A DNA stretch of 64,000 nucleotides from Spirogloea muscicola (Eukaryota): positions 573,267 to 637,266 of the forward strand of contig WELB01000001.1 in assembly GCA_009602725.1 (NCBI GenBank), written 5' to 3'. Below, piece by piece: positions 41,401 through 53,135 of the stretch. The notes under the pieces are model-generated. The model was given only the letters and a program-made list of their open reading frames with translations, made no database searches and was not told the DNA's origin. Position numbers and translations under genes: made by a program. Position 1 is the stretch's first letter, and the number at the start of each line of letters is the position of its first letter.

Positions 41401-42440
41401 TATTCAGCACGACTTTGCCCTCCTCAAGTATCCTCAGCCACCAGTTGACCGGCACTCAGCCTTCTTCAGGAACAATCATGCCAGCAAGCAAGCCTCCAAA
41501 GCAATCCGTTACTGGCTAGCTGCGCTGGCCTGAATAAGCAGCAGCTGACTATCAAACAGGTAAAAAGAGAATGCTCTATACACAAAGAAGGCAATCTAAG
41601 TGGTCTAGGGGTAACACAGCACAGCCATTCAGAATGTGGCCTCCACTGACCTGGACCCGTCAAAAGACCACTGGGGGAAGTCGATAGAGCCTGCTGGCAC
41701 AGGCTTGGGGATGACCTTGGTCTTCGAGCGCATCTCATTGAAGCGGATGCCCTTCTGCCCCTCGAGGCCATCCATCCAGATGTACTCAGCTCTCTGAGCT
41801 AGAGCACGAACCTGGAGAAGTGTACTGCTGCCCTGCATCGTGGTGTACGTTCATGGATAAGCAAGGCTGGTATTGCCCATCCGCTTGCATGCTCCAGCGA
41901 AACCTCACCCCCGAGCATTCGAACGTCTAGAACGTCTCAACCTTCACAGTCACCCTGTGCATCTGCGCAGCACTGGCCCAGAATACCCTGCTGCTCATGC
42001 AACATGCAGATACCACAATGCCCTCCACATTGTGCTGCACCATGCTGTGAGGCCTGTCAGTGCCGATCACTGCTTTCCGATGCTCACATGACGGCTCCTC
42101 GTCCGAAGGCTGGCAAACGCAACACTCCGCAGCTCGTTGCTGGCAATGTAGCTGGTCACTCTCCCACCAGCAAACTGCGGGAGATGGAGGGCCCAGCGCG
42201 ATCAGTCCGGTGATCGGGCTCGCTCGACGACAATGTGACATGAGCTCATCAGTTCCGCTGATTCATCACGCTCCCGCAGGGCCAGATGCTGTGCCGCGCT
42301 GCCGCGCTAGCATAGCTGCCGGCGTGGCCAGCTTCGGCGACGGCAGCCTCGTCGTCCTTGCCTGGCTGGAGAGGGTGGGGACCGAGGAGCGCGCGGGCGA
42401 TCCGGCGGCCCTGGCAATGGCGGCGGCGGCGGCGGCGGGG
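38497..42440 (-). CDS. GLN2: Glutamine synthetase II, plastid-targeted, GSII-B (bacterial-derived) type; ATG not visible
   Basis: [105 protein letters not shown]; stop at 38497. Confidence 0.93.
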
Positions 42441-42457
42441 GCGACGGCGGCGGCGAG

Positions 42458-42823
42458 ATGGAGCTGAACACGCAGACGAAGCTGGGGATGAGCCTGGACG
42501 AGCTGGCGGCCAGCGGGCGGCGCCTGCCCAGCACCATAGGAGCGCGGCGGCTGGGGCGCCGGCCCTCGCCCTACGGCGGCGGCGGCGGCGGCGGCGGCGG
42601 AAGGTGGGGGACACTGCACCAGCGCAGCGGCCGCGCGGCGGAGACGGTGCTTGCGGTGCGGCGGGTGATGGCTCCGGGGACGCCGGGAGCATGGTCGCCG
42701 GCGGTGCAGGAGGCCCCAGACTATCGTGTTGATGCGCCTGCGGTTGACCTCTGGCGAAGGTGTCGGCGCTCGAGCCGCGGGCGGCAGAGACGCCGCGGCG
42801 CCGCGGCGGCGTCGTGGCTTTGA
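42458..42823 (+). CDS. Small ORF with N-terminal UAP56-binding-like motif (ALY/UIEF-like fragment)
   Basis: MELNTQTKLGMSLDEL followed by Arg/Gly-rich RRPSPYGGG; no RRM visible. Confidence 0.35.
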   Translation: MELNTQTKLGMSLDELAASGRRLPSTIGARRLGRRPSPYGGGGGGGGGRWGTLHQRSGRAAETVLAVRRVMAPGTPGAWSPAVQEAPDYRVDAPAVDLWRRCRRSSRGRQRRRGAAAASWL

Positions 42824-43117
42824 GGGCGAGCGCACTGCGGGCGGCGCCATGAGATGAGCAGGCAGGCAGGGGCTTGCACGGGGAGTGCAGGAGGCGGGAG
42901 GCGGATTATGGGGANGCCCCGTCGTGTGAGTGCCACGACGCCGCCGCCGCCGCCGCCGCCGCCGCCCCCGCCGCCTGCGCGCTTCCGGCGGCCGCCCTGG
43001 CGCTTCTCGAGCCATGCCTGGTGAGTGGCGAGAACGACCACTGAGCGGCCGGTTACTGGCGGGAATCCCTCCAGCATACCTCTCGTCAGGCTCGGCTGCC
43101 GCGCGGCACTGGCGGCC

Positions 43118-45277
43118 ATGGCGGTCTCCGAGGCGGGCGCCGCCGCTGACGGCGGCTGCCGTCACCGGCGCTGCGCCACAGAGGCCGGCGGCTTGGGGTT
43201 CCTGTCGGAGGACGGGGAGCTGCTGGACCTGACGGGGCACCAGCTCAAGTCCCTGGGCCCCGTCGCGCTGCCGGCCACGCTCACGGAGCTCGACCTCACC
43301 GCCAACCGCCTCGCTGACCTCGACCCCCGCCTGGCCCAGCTGCCGCGCCTCCGCCGGCTCTTCCTCCGCCAGAACCTGCTTGTCGATGACGCGGTGCGCC
43401 AGCTGGCTGGGTGCGCCTCGCTTGCGTTGCTCGAGGTTGGTGGTCTCGACTGATGGCACGTCAGGAGGCATAAATAGTGATTCTATTGGTGGCGTCATGA
43501 TTTTCGATTGGGGTGAGCAGTCTGAGTATGTCCATAATGGGGGGCTGCTGTCTTTCACGTGACTACCTGAGCTGCATATTGGTGCTTCGGATAGCAGCTT
43601 GTGCTGACGCTAGAAGGCGACTCTACGAGCTATCCATTACTTACTGACATGCTGGATAAATAACATGCAGTTCCACACCCTTACAGTGGCACAGTGAAGA
43701 ATTTGCTAATTGCTTCCAGGCAACGCATGTGGCTTGTACCTGCGCAGGAGCTCGTGCTGAGGGACAACCAGCTGGAACAGTGGCCACCGCTTGGAACCTT
43801 CTCACAGCTGAGACGACTCGACGTATCGTTCAATAAGCTATCCTCACTTGCTGGATTGGCTGATGGGCCTACCTGCCTGGAGGAGCTCTATGCCTCCAAC
43901 AATGCTATCTCTAAGATGGAAAAGCTGGATCACTTGTCTTCGTTGAAGCTGCTCGAGCTTGGCTCCAACAAGATTAGGGTCGGCCCTCTGAAATACCTCG
44001 TTCCAGAATTTAGCAGCTGTTGCAGCTGTTACTTGCAGCTGGCTTTGTAGTCCAATTGCAAAGCTCTGGCATGCGTTTGTCACATGCTTTGCTCTTGCCA
44101 GGACTTTGGGCAGGTATTTGCACGTGCCCTGGGATAGCGTGAAGGTAGAGTTTTCACCAACTGACTTGTAGATCATGCTTGCGCAGGTCATGGAAGGGTT
44201 ACAAAACCTGCTTGGCCTCACTGAGCTTTGGTTGGGCCGCAACAAAATACGAGGGGTCAACATGTTCTCACTCTCTGGGTTGAGGAAAGTCAGCATCCAG
44301 AGCAATCGCTTGACTTCCATGCTTGGTTTCGAGGTGTGAGATACTCTGCAGCCGATCATGTCTTATTCTTGTGTTGGCCTGACTGTTATGTGTGCTTGTA
44401 GGTTCTGTCTATCTGTTCATGAGTGCAGGGCATCTATTATTGACATACAATACAGAGCAGATATATACAAGTGTGTCCTGCACATTTCCAAAGAGATACT
44501 TGTCAATGATTTGTTAAGAAATGCAACAGGAGTGCAGGTTGCTGGAGGAACTCTATCTGAGCCACAATGGTATTAGCAAGATGGAGGGTCTTTCTACTTT
44601 ATCCAATTTGAAAATTCTTGACGTTTCAGCAAACCGGATATCAAAAATAGAAAGTCTGCAGGGTCTAACAAGGTGTCCACTGAACCCAACTCTGGGCGAT
44701 AGATGCTGTGTTGTTGTGTTTAAGGTCTCTGAAGCTGCAGATCAAGCAGACATAATTTGTATGCATGCCTCCGTTATGAAAGTGGAGGGTGTAGCGTGCA
44801 AGTTATGTCAGATCAGGCTGGCGAGTGACTACCTGGATCTGTTGGCATTCATTGCATGTTTTCACAGTGGTTCTGATACATTCAACTGCAGCATTCTGAT
44901 TTTTGTTGCTTGTCCACTGCTCAAAAGGTTGGAAGACCTATGGTGTAACGATAATGTCATCCAGTCTTTGGATGATATGGACCTAGTGAGCTTGAGCTCA
45001 CATTTGACAACAATCTATCTTGAGCGCAACCCCTGTGTAAGGGCCTCTGCAACTGCTGGCTATGACTACCATATATACCATCACCTCTATGGTGGTTAGG
45101 TAGCGAGTATATGCTCTTTGTATGGCTGTCTCTTGTCTGGACAGTGCTTGCTAACGCAGGTCTTTGTAACCATTTGCTGTGCAGGCTGGAGACCCGCGAT
45201 ATGTATCATGGTTGCAAGCAACCTTACCACACTTGATGCAAATTGATGCTAATGTTGTACAACACTCAGGAGTATGA
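43118..45277 (+). CDS. Sds22/PPP1R7-like LRR protein phosphatase 1 regulator, multi-exon
   Basis: LTELDLTANRL, ELVLRDNQL, LDVSFNKL, LLELGSNKIR, ELWLGRNKI, LEELYLSHNGI, LEDLWCNDN, TIYLERNPC and an LRR cap LPHLMQIDA. Confidence 0.9.
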
Positions 45278-45849
45278 GCTCTATTACATTGTACAGATCT
45301 GGACTGGCCTCAGCAACCCTGATTGAAGTGAATTCGTTGCTTGTTTCTGGATATTTCAATATCATGCCCACTCCATTGTCTCCAAAGGTATTGCTGCTTG
45401 GCAGTGACATTGACCAGCTTAAGTGCAGTAATCCTTCTGCTTCTGTTACAGTAGCTACGGCTTATCAGGAAGAGGTTGTGCTGTTGCTCCACAATAGCAA
45501 GGTCTGATTATTTCAGCACTTAGCCAGAGCCTGCAGTAAGCGGCATTGCTTATTCTATTCTCAGGTCTTTGCAGCAACATTTTTCTCAAGTCACTTTGCC
45601 CCTCCATGCAGGTTGCCTACATTGTCAGTGAGGCCGCTGGCCCCTGGGGAGATGAAAACAATAGCAAGGAGCCACTGGTCACAGCACTCGTTTTTTCCAC
45701 GGTCTTCATCCCTTAAATTCTGATCCCTTGACAATGTACTTGGTGGCAGACTCTTGGCCATTGGTCAGCAACGGCATGAAAGGGCTTAGTGAAGAGCAAG
45801 TGGGTTGTTCAATCGGACTACAAGAGGAGTACAGAGAAGGCGCGCGGTA

Positions 45850-46400
45850 CAAGAGTGGACAGATAATCATATGGGCAGGTATGCAATAGATGCCGCTTCA
45901 ACATTATTCAAGAATGCAGTACAAGGAACTTGTGGAGTCAGTCAAGCAAAGGAGACTTTCAAGAAACAGTACCATTGATATCCGTGCATGAGCATGTTGG
46001 CCTTGTCAGCCAGTCGCCCTCCAACTTACTAAGGACACTCATCTTAGTTTGTACCATAAGATTGAGTATACCAAATAGCTGACATTTTTTTCACTGCTAT
46101 AGACAGGGTGTGGTGGTTGGCTGATTAATGGTCTGGTACACCACAACCCACGGGGCTGTCTGTTACACTATCGCTCTCAAACAATCTGGACTTTGACATC
46201 AATCTATGAACATCAAGCGTTACTTTTTCCAATTGTCTGCCTGTTGTTGTTGCCACAGCTGCCAACATGCTCAAAGTGGGTGTGCCCTTTTGCGTAAAAG
46301 CAAGAGGGCACTTGAAATGGAAATAATATTATTGTTGAGATAGTAAATGAAAATGGAGACTTCATGTAGAGACGGCCCATGCCCACAGTGGTGGGCACTT
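45850..46400 (-). mobile_element. Possible degenerate LTR-retrotransposon integrase relic
   Basis: Stop-ridden fragments resembling the integrase core (..VTD.., LSKL.GDW..KSP). Confidence 0.25.
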
Positions 46401-46959
46401 GTGCGAAGAAGTGGAAGGTGTGTGCCAGGCCCGGCACAGATGCACAAGGTGGACTGCCAACAGGGCAGCTAGGTGACCGCAGGATGGCCACCAGCCTCCC
46501 AGAGGTTGGCGTAGCTGCGTGGTTGCGCTTTCCGGTCTCGTCAGACCTTGGTCGGTGTCTTCTGGGCTGGACGTGCACAGCCATGGCCGGCTGTGAGAAG
46601 ACTTTCCCAGAGCTCAGCGAAGTGGCTGCGGAGCAGCTCGGGAGGCGTGGAATTTGCGAATCGGGGCCGCGGTTGGACGGTGTTGTATGTGGCCGGGGAA
46701 ACGCTGGAGCAAGTAGACTGAAGGGAGCCTCAAGGCCAGGGTACAGTCAAACCTTGTTATAGGCACCTCTCGATATAGGCACATTAGGGCAAAACCTTGA
46801 TAGTGGCACCATTTTGCGGGAAGCACTTTTTTCCCCCGGCAAATGTGACTCGATACAGGAACGTGCCTGTATGTACAGGCACAGTTTTCGGGGCATATTC
46901 CCCCACTAGAAGTGCCTATATGAAAACAAATCAACATATTTCTCATATTCTCTACAGGA

Positions 46960-47045
46960 GGTTTAGGGTTTAGAGTGTGGGGTTTAGGGTTGAGGTCTAG
47001 GGTTAGGGTCTAGTTTTTAAACCCTAACCCTAAACCTAAACCCAA
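46960..47045. repeat. Interstitial plant-type telomeric repeats, head-to-head
   Basis: Degenerate (TTTAGGG/TTAGGG)n switching to (CCCTAA/CCCTAAA)n at ~47015. Confidence 0.8.
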
Positions 47046-47186
47046 AAAGCCATTTTCAATATAATTTAATATATTGCTGATTGTCACGGTAGAAGCACAT
47101 TTGGGGGCAATAGTGCCTCTACAACGAACAAGCACACCTCGATATAGTCACATATTTTCGCCAAACCGGCCGACGTGCCTATAACA

Positions 47187-47414
47187 CCTTCGTGCCGGCA
47201 GAGCCCTCGCTGCTGCCTCTGGCTCTGGCCAGGGGACCCACTTCCAGGAGCCCAGCATCTCTGATCTGCGGCTGCTTAGCAGGGGTTACTGAGTGTCTCG
47301 TAGCAGCTTTGTTTCTGTTACTTAGCGCTTACCCTGGCCCCCTTCTCGTACTCTGTTCATTCTTTTTCGGGCTGGTTATTCCAGCCCCTATTCTCAATGG
47401 GCGAGCACTTTCTT
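47187..47414 (+). mobile_element. 228-bp 5'-truncated RLE retroelement copy flanked by TSD CTATAACA
   Basis: LRAGRALAAASGSGQG..SDLRLLSRGY* plus type A 3' UTR and TTTCTT(C) tail; CTATAACA at 47179-47186 and 47415-47422. Confidence 0.88.
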
Positions 47415-47933
47415 CTATAACAAGGTTTGACTGTACCGCTTTCTGATCTCTTCTACTTTCTGATGGTCGCCTGGCCTGTGGACCCCCGGCCTGGCCTGGC
47501 ACCCACACTGGTGGCCAGACTGAACCTCGTTTACGGCCACTGTTTGCCTCCCACCCACTCACGCCGCCGCCGCCGCACGTCGCCAGGCGCGGCGCGGCGC
47601 CTGCCGGCTGAGAGAGCAGGAGCAACCGCCCGCCGAAGGAGGCCGGGCGCCGACGCCGAGGCCAAGGGCGGGGCGGTGGCTGCAGAGGGGCCGCCGAGGG
47701 CGGCGGTGGGGCAGCCGTCGGTCGGGGCCGCCGCCGCCGCCTGTTCACTGAGTCGCCGGACCCTTGCAGCGGCGGCGACGGACCTGAACCGCCGCGTCAT
47801 GTCTCGCGGTGCCGTGGCGGCATTGGCGCAATGGCGGACCGTTGATTGAGGGAGGGCAAGCCAGGCATTGGGACAGCGGGGCAGGAGCGCACGAGAACAC
47901 TGGCATTGCGGCCCCCCGGCCACGCCACAAGCC

Positions 47934-50900
47934 ATGGGCGTGTCCAAGCCCAAGCGGCTCGCTGGTGCGGCTGCGCCGCTCTGGCTCCGGAGGCTCCTCA
48001 GCCTGGGCTCCGCCAAGGGCTCCCGGCTCCTTAGCACCTCCACCTTCAAGGTGCTGCAGAGAATACAGGTGGCCACCCCTCGCCCCTCTGGCTCCACTCT
48101 CGCGCCACTCGCCGGCGCGCACCTCCACTCCTGCTTCCATCTATGCTTACAGAAGCTGGTCGCTTTGGAATTGCAAGACAGCCTTACTTCCCATCTGGCT
48201 CCCCCTAGCCAGCATTTCCTGGCCACCGTGTCCTTGGCCGTGTCTTCTCCTTTAGCTGGCGTTTGGCAAATGTACTGCCTTGCCCCTAGCCGACGTCAAG
48301 TTTCGCACCTCTCTGAATTTTACTAGCTTAAATTGCAGACGGCTAGGAGGTTTGGAGTGTGTTGTCAAATCTGCTGTTGGCAGGAGGCCCCACCATAGAA
48401 GGAAGGGCACAAGGATACAGCTGATGACGACGTCCCCATTGCCTTGTTCCTGTACGCCAGCGTTCCCCTGGGCTGTCGTTCCTTTTTGGCTTCATGTTTG
48501 CCATCTGGTGGGCAGCCTTCTTCCTGCACATCCTGCAGCTCTCCAGCACGCCCAACCACCCCGGCGGTCACAATCTGCTCTCAAGTAGTGGGGTATTGTT
48601 CCCCGAACCTGCTGCCACCATGTGTGTACCTGCTTTCATACTCTGTCAGCTGCAAGCGTTTGCCAGCACTCAGGCAAGGCTCTGTATGCAGCACTGGGGA
48701 CTCTGATTGCCCCCTGGATGCACATGCCAGTACGACCTGACCTATACCCGGCTCTGTCATCGACAGGTCACTCCCAGCCTCACCATATTCTCTGCACCCA
48801 AACCATATTCTGGACCCTCAGACCCGCAGAAGACTGCCCTGCTGTCTTGGCTAAGACTTCCCCTTCGTCCTCGGATAGTCTTACTAGGAAATGACTCGTC
48901 CTTCTGGGAATTAGCCGGTATTCAGCGCCTCATAACTCTTGTGCCCGAATAATGTCTTTGACAGTAGATGCAAAGCCACGTATGGAACCTAGTGACTTGT
49001 CCAGACTTGGAAGCACAGCTTGTCCTAAGTGACTTCTTGCTTGTCTAGACCGAATGGCTTAAGACGTCTCTGTTTACCAGAGCTCCACGAAGTAACACAC
49101 ATGCAGGTGTAGGACTGTGCTAGAAACTGTTGAGTATGAGATCATTGTCGACGGAAGGCTTTTCGATGCCTATGCCTTGTTGCAGCTGAATTTTCTGGAA
49201 GGATCACTGTGGAGCCTGATATAGACTACAATTTTTACAATGTACCACTCTTTCACAGGTTTTAAATCCTGAACGAGAAAATATATTGTGCACTTGCTTA
49301 CCAGTCACATGTGGAAGATGCTCCAGTCTGAAACACTACTTTGTTCTAGCAGTCTTTTGGAAGCACAAAATAGAAACGGAGTGCTCGGTTTTCCAGGCCT
49401 TACAATGATATCCTGGTTGTCTGCAGTATGGTCGCAAGGGCAAGAGCAGCAGAAACGGATCTCTCCTTGCTCATCAATGGGGACATTATCCTTCTGAGCG
49501 ACCTTGTGACAGTTATACACAGGGTTTCTGCGAAGTTCAAAGACTTTGTTGTCACGGCTGCCAGATGGGACATTCCTAGCCTGCCCAGCCTGCAATTCAC
49601 GTGAGACCTTTTTGCACTAGGTTGATGGCACGTGCAGTAGCTTGCATAACAATGTAGTGCTTCAGCCTGTGCTCCACTGCTCAGTGCCTGACTGCAGAAT
49701 TGTCGATCTAATATATCTTTTCCTCCCGGCACTAATCCCCAGTGCTCTTGTGCAGGTTGGAGCAGCCTGGAGATCCAACAGCAGATGCAACTCTCCACAA
49801 TCATGCGCGTCTTCATGGAAGCCTTCATACCTATGGGGGCGTGGATCTGTGGCTGTGGAACAATAGTCCAGTTTCTCTTTTCTCCAGTTGCGACAGTCAT
49901 TCATCAGCCTTTTGATTGCTTGCTTTGAGGTCATATCTGGCAACTTGAGCAATGAGCAAAGCCAGTGCTTGTAACAAATAATAAACTGTCTATATGGGCC
50001 TTCAGGCAGCTGATGGGTTGTATGCTAAATGTCATCCAAGTGCTCGTGCACACTCTTCAATGCAGCTCCAATGCCACCATTCTCATTTGGAAGAGGCAAG
50101 TATGACAACTGGATGACGCATGAGATGGTTGCATCTGGATTGCGCCAAGTGGTGGACGCAAGTGATGCAATGACCAGGTCAGCAGTTGCTACAGAGTGAC
50201 TTTAGAGAGCACTTAGAATATGCTCAACAATTGCCACTTTGGGCTCCAAGTGTCAGCGAGCTCTCAGCAAGCTCGCACTTACAGGGCTGCCTCATCAAGC
50301 TCACTGAGAAATTTTCCTCGTGCAGTGTACATGTAGCACATGCGTACAAGCACGTCGTTGCCCAGGAAGTGCCAGTTGGCAGAGCGGGGGCAAATTTCTG
50401 GAGCTCCCGCAAGCAGAACAGCTGGGAGCTATACGCCAACATCCATATGGCTCAGTCAGCAGGCTCATATGCAAACCAGCTTGGCACGGCGTTGCATTGT
50501 CCATGGCGTCTTGCCCGGTGCTCTGAGCCCTCTTGTGAGCATCACGGAGGTCACAAGATGCCCTCATGGATGCCCACTATGTCCCTGGTCAATATTTTAA
50601 GTGTTTCCTGACCAATTTCTACCTGCATCAGCTTGATGGTCCAGCAAAGCAGGATCTCAGCCAATTGAGTAGCAAAGATGCAGCTGGGGTTCCGCCTACT
50701 GGTGCTCTTACTGTATTGAGTACACCCTCTCTGTTGTTGTTAGACTCACACGCCATTTGTCCTTGTGGTAGTATCCAACATGTGCGTGCTGGAGCGAGAG
50801 CGGCCTGGCAACTGCAGTTGTGAATACTCCGCCTATGAAAGGCACACGCAGTCGGATCCTCAGCTTGACGGCAGCGCATGGCGCTGCGGGACTGTCTCGA

Positions 50901-53135
50901 TTGACCGGCACACTTCCTTCAAGATAAATGCGTTTCCGAGAAGGAAGGATAACTCTACCATTGGTCAGCCTCTTACACCTGATTGCCATGACAGGACATG
51001 TCATTCTTGGAATGCTCTACTGTCTCAGTGTCGTGGATGATCTGCGCTCAGGCCTGAGACTTTGTTGTCACAGGCCTCCCCCATACGCTGGAGCAGCTTT
51101 TACCTCAGGTCGCCGGGGAAGATAAGGTTGGCAAGCAAATTGCAGTAGTTGGCTATTAGCAATTGGCACTTGATTAAGAGCACCTACACTGCTTCTCCTC
51201 CTTGAAAATCAGCAATGCCACTTTAGTGCACGGGTTCTGTCAATGTCTGCAAACTGCCTCCTTTATACTCCCTACACAATTTGTGTGTCTCTTTGACACA
51301 AAGCTCCCAGGCACATTGTCTAGTATTGTCAAATGTATTAGCTAGTGAAGGTTGCAGAAGGGCCCCTTGCTTCTGTTTTTTCTCTCATCAGGAACTTGAT
51401 GATTGCTGCATGCAGGTTGTGATCTTGGTGGCTGTGACATACACTTACGCGGATATGTTGATGAGCTTTGTTTGCCGATTGCGCAAGCTTGGCCTGGCTG
51501 GCAAGTTGTTGGTGGCGGCCTTGGATGAGGAGCTCTACGCTTTTGCTTTCCTTCAGGTATTTGGAGAAGGTCCCATTGAAAGGGAGCTGTGATAAGCTTC
51601 ACTCCTGACAATTGGCAGTTCCTAATGGAAGGAGTCTTGATAATTCCTCTTACTAACTGTGAATAGAGGAAGCCAACTGAAGAGTAGACGTTCGTCCTCA
51701 CAGGGCCTCGCGGTGTACTACGAGCAAGCTGCAGCGCTGCTCTCAGGGATGGAGGGTGCGTCTGGGGGTTGTGCATTTGGGAGTAATTGCTTCAGGCAGT
51801 ACACGAAGCTGAAGTCAAGAGCTGTGCTGAGGGTGCTGAAGTCGAGGCACTCAGTCGTGTGGTCGGATGTCGACATCATCTGGTTCCGAGACCCACTTCC
51901 GGGAGTGAGCACGCACCCTCCCAAGTGACACTGCCTTCTTGCGCCTTGCCTCTGACAAGCACATGAGGATGCACTTTCTTCTTCCACTTATGCAGCTCCT
52001 TGTAAGCTGATCCTTTGCTCTTGTTTTCTGACAGCTGAAGGCCTATGGTCCAAACACTCTACCTATCCAGAGCAATGAGCCAGACGCACAGAAGCCTGCC
52101 AATGGAATGCGAAGGATAAACTCCGGTCTTTACTTTGCAAGAGCTGAGCCTGCCACGATAACTGCGTTCGAAGCCATTGTTGCACATGCTTCCATGACCA
52201 CTGTGAGCTTGGCTATCTAAGCACCTCAAGCTCATTGCCTAAGCTTGTCCACATTGACGACAGGTGCCAGAGATGCACCGTGTGGTTGCTTGATTTGACT
52301 AGTGGATGAGGTTGGGCTGCTCAACAGAAGGTCAACCATGCATGACTTGCTAATTACGTCACGATCAAGTTTCAGCAATATTTTTCATGTCATGTGACCA
52401 GCTATCAGAGCAGCCTAGCTTTTATGATGTGCTCTGTGGAGAGGAAGAGGAGAACGTAGTCGGCACAGACCAATGCCACTATACTAATGGGCTGCGAGTC
52501 GTTTTTCTTGATCGGAAGGAGGTCTGTTCTGAAACCACCTGTCACATCCTTGTCTGTTGCTGCCAGCTTATGCCAGTCATGTATCTCTCCCGATGTCCAC
52601 TGATGCATAGGCTAGTAGGCAGATGTTGTTCTTCACGTACACCGGGCAAGTTGCCTGATGTCTAATAAGGTCCTCAATCCATACAAATTGAGTAGGGATA
52701 TGTAGATCCAGGTACTACAGCCAGAATAAGTAGATGCAGTCCACTCTTTCCTATCTGCACACACCACGACTAATGAGAGTCTAGTTTACACTTGCAGCAT
52801 CCAAATGGCAACGTGCATGGCCTGTGGAAGGAACAGAATGTGACGGAAGCTTGTGACAGGATTGGCTGTGTGACTCTGCACAACAATTGGATTACAGGTA
52901 TACAAGGCACCTCTTACGTCACATGTCAGATGCTTGATCTGCTTAAGATGAGCTCTCTCCTCGCATTCACTGTGAAGTTGCCGCAGTCAGCATTGTCTGT
53001 GTGACGTCAGGCCACCCTTCGTGTGCAGGCAAAGATGCAAAGATGCAGCGCATGGTCAGGAACGGTTTCTGGCACTACGACAATAAACTACGGATGTGCC
53101 GCCATAACTGGCACAGTCGTATTTCTTCATTATGA
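47934..53135 (+). CDS. RAY1: Second RAY1-like GT77 arabinofuranosyltransferase, multi-exon
   Basis: RSPGLSFLFGFMFAIWW (TM), LTIFSAPKPY..ALLSWLRL, YGGVDLWLWNN, FGRGKYDNW, TKLKSRAVLRVLKS..WSDVDIIWF, RRINSGLYFAR, LSEQPSFYDVLCG, HNNWITG; stop 53133-53135. Confidence 0.88.

Larger units (their letters stand above)
46744..47433. mobile_element. pogo/Tc1-mariner-like MITE with TA target duplication
   Basis: TA|CAGTCAAACCTTGTTATAG (46742-46762) is the exact reverse complement of CTATAACAAGGTTTGACTG|TA (47415-47435); repeated internal TATAGGCAC motifs; no transposase ORF. Confidence 0.9.
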
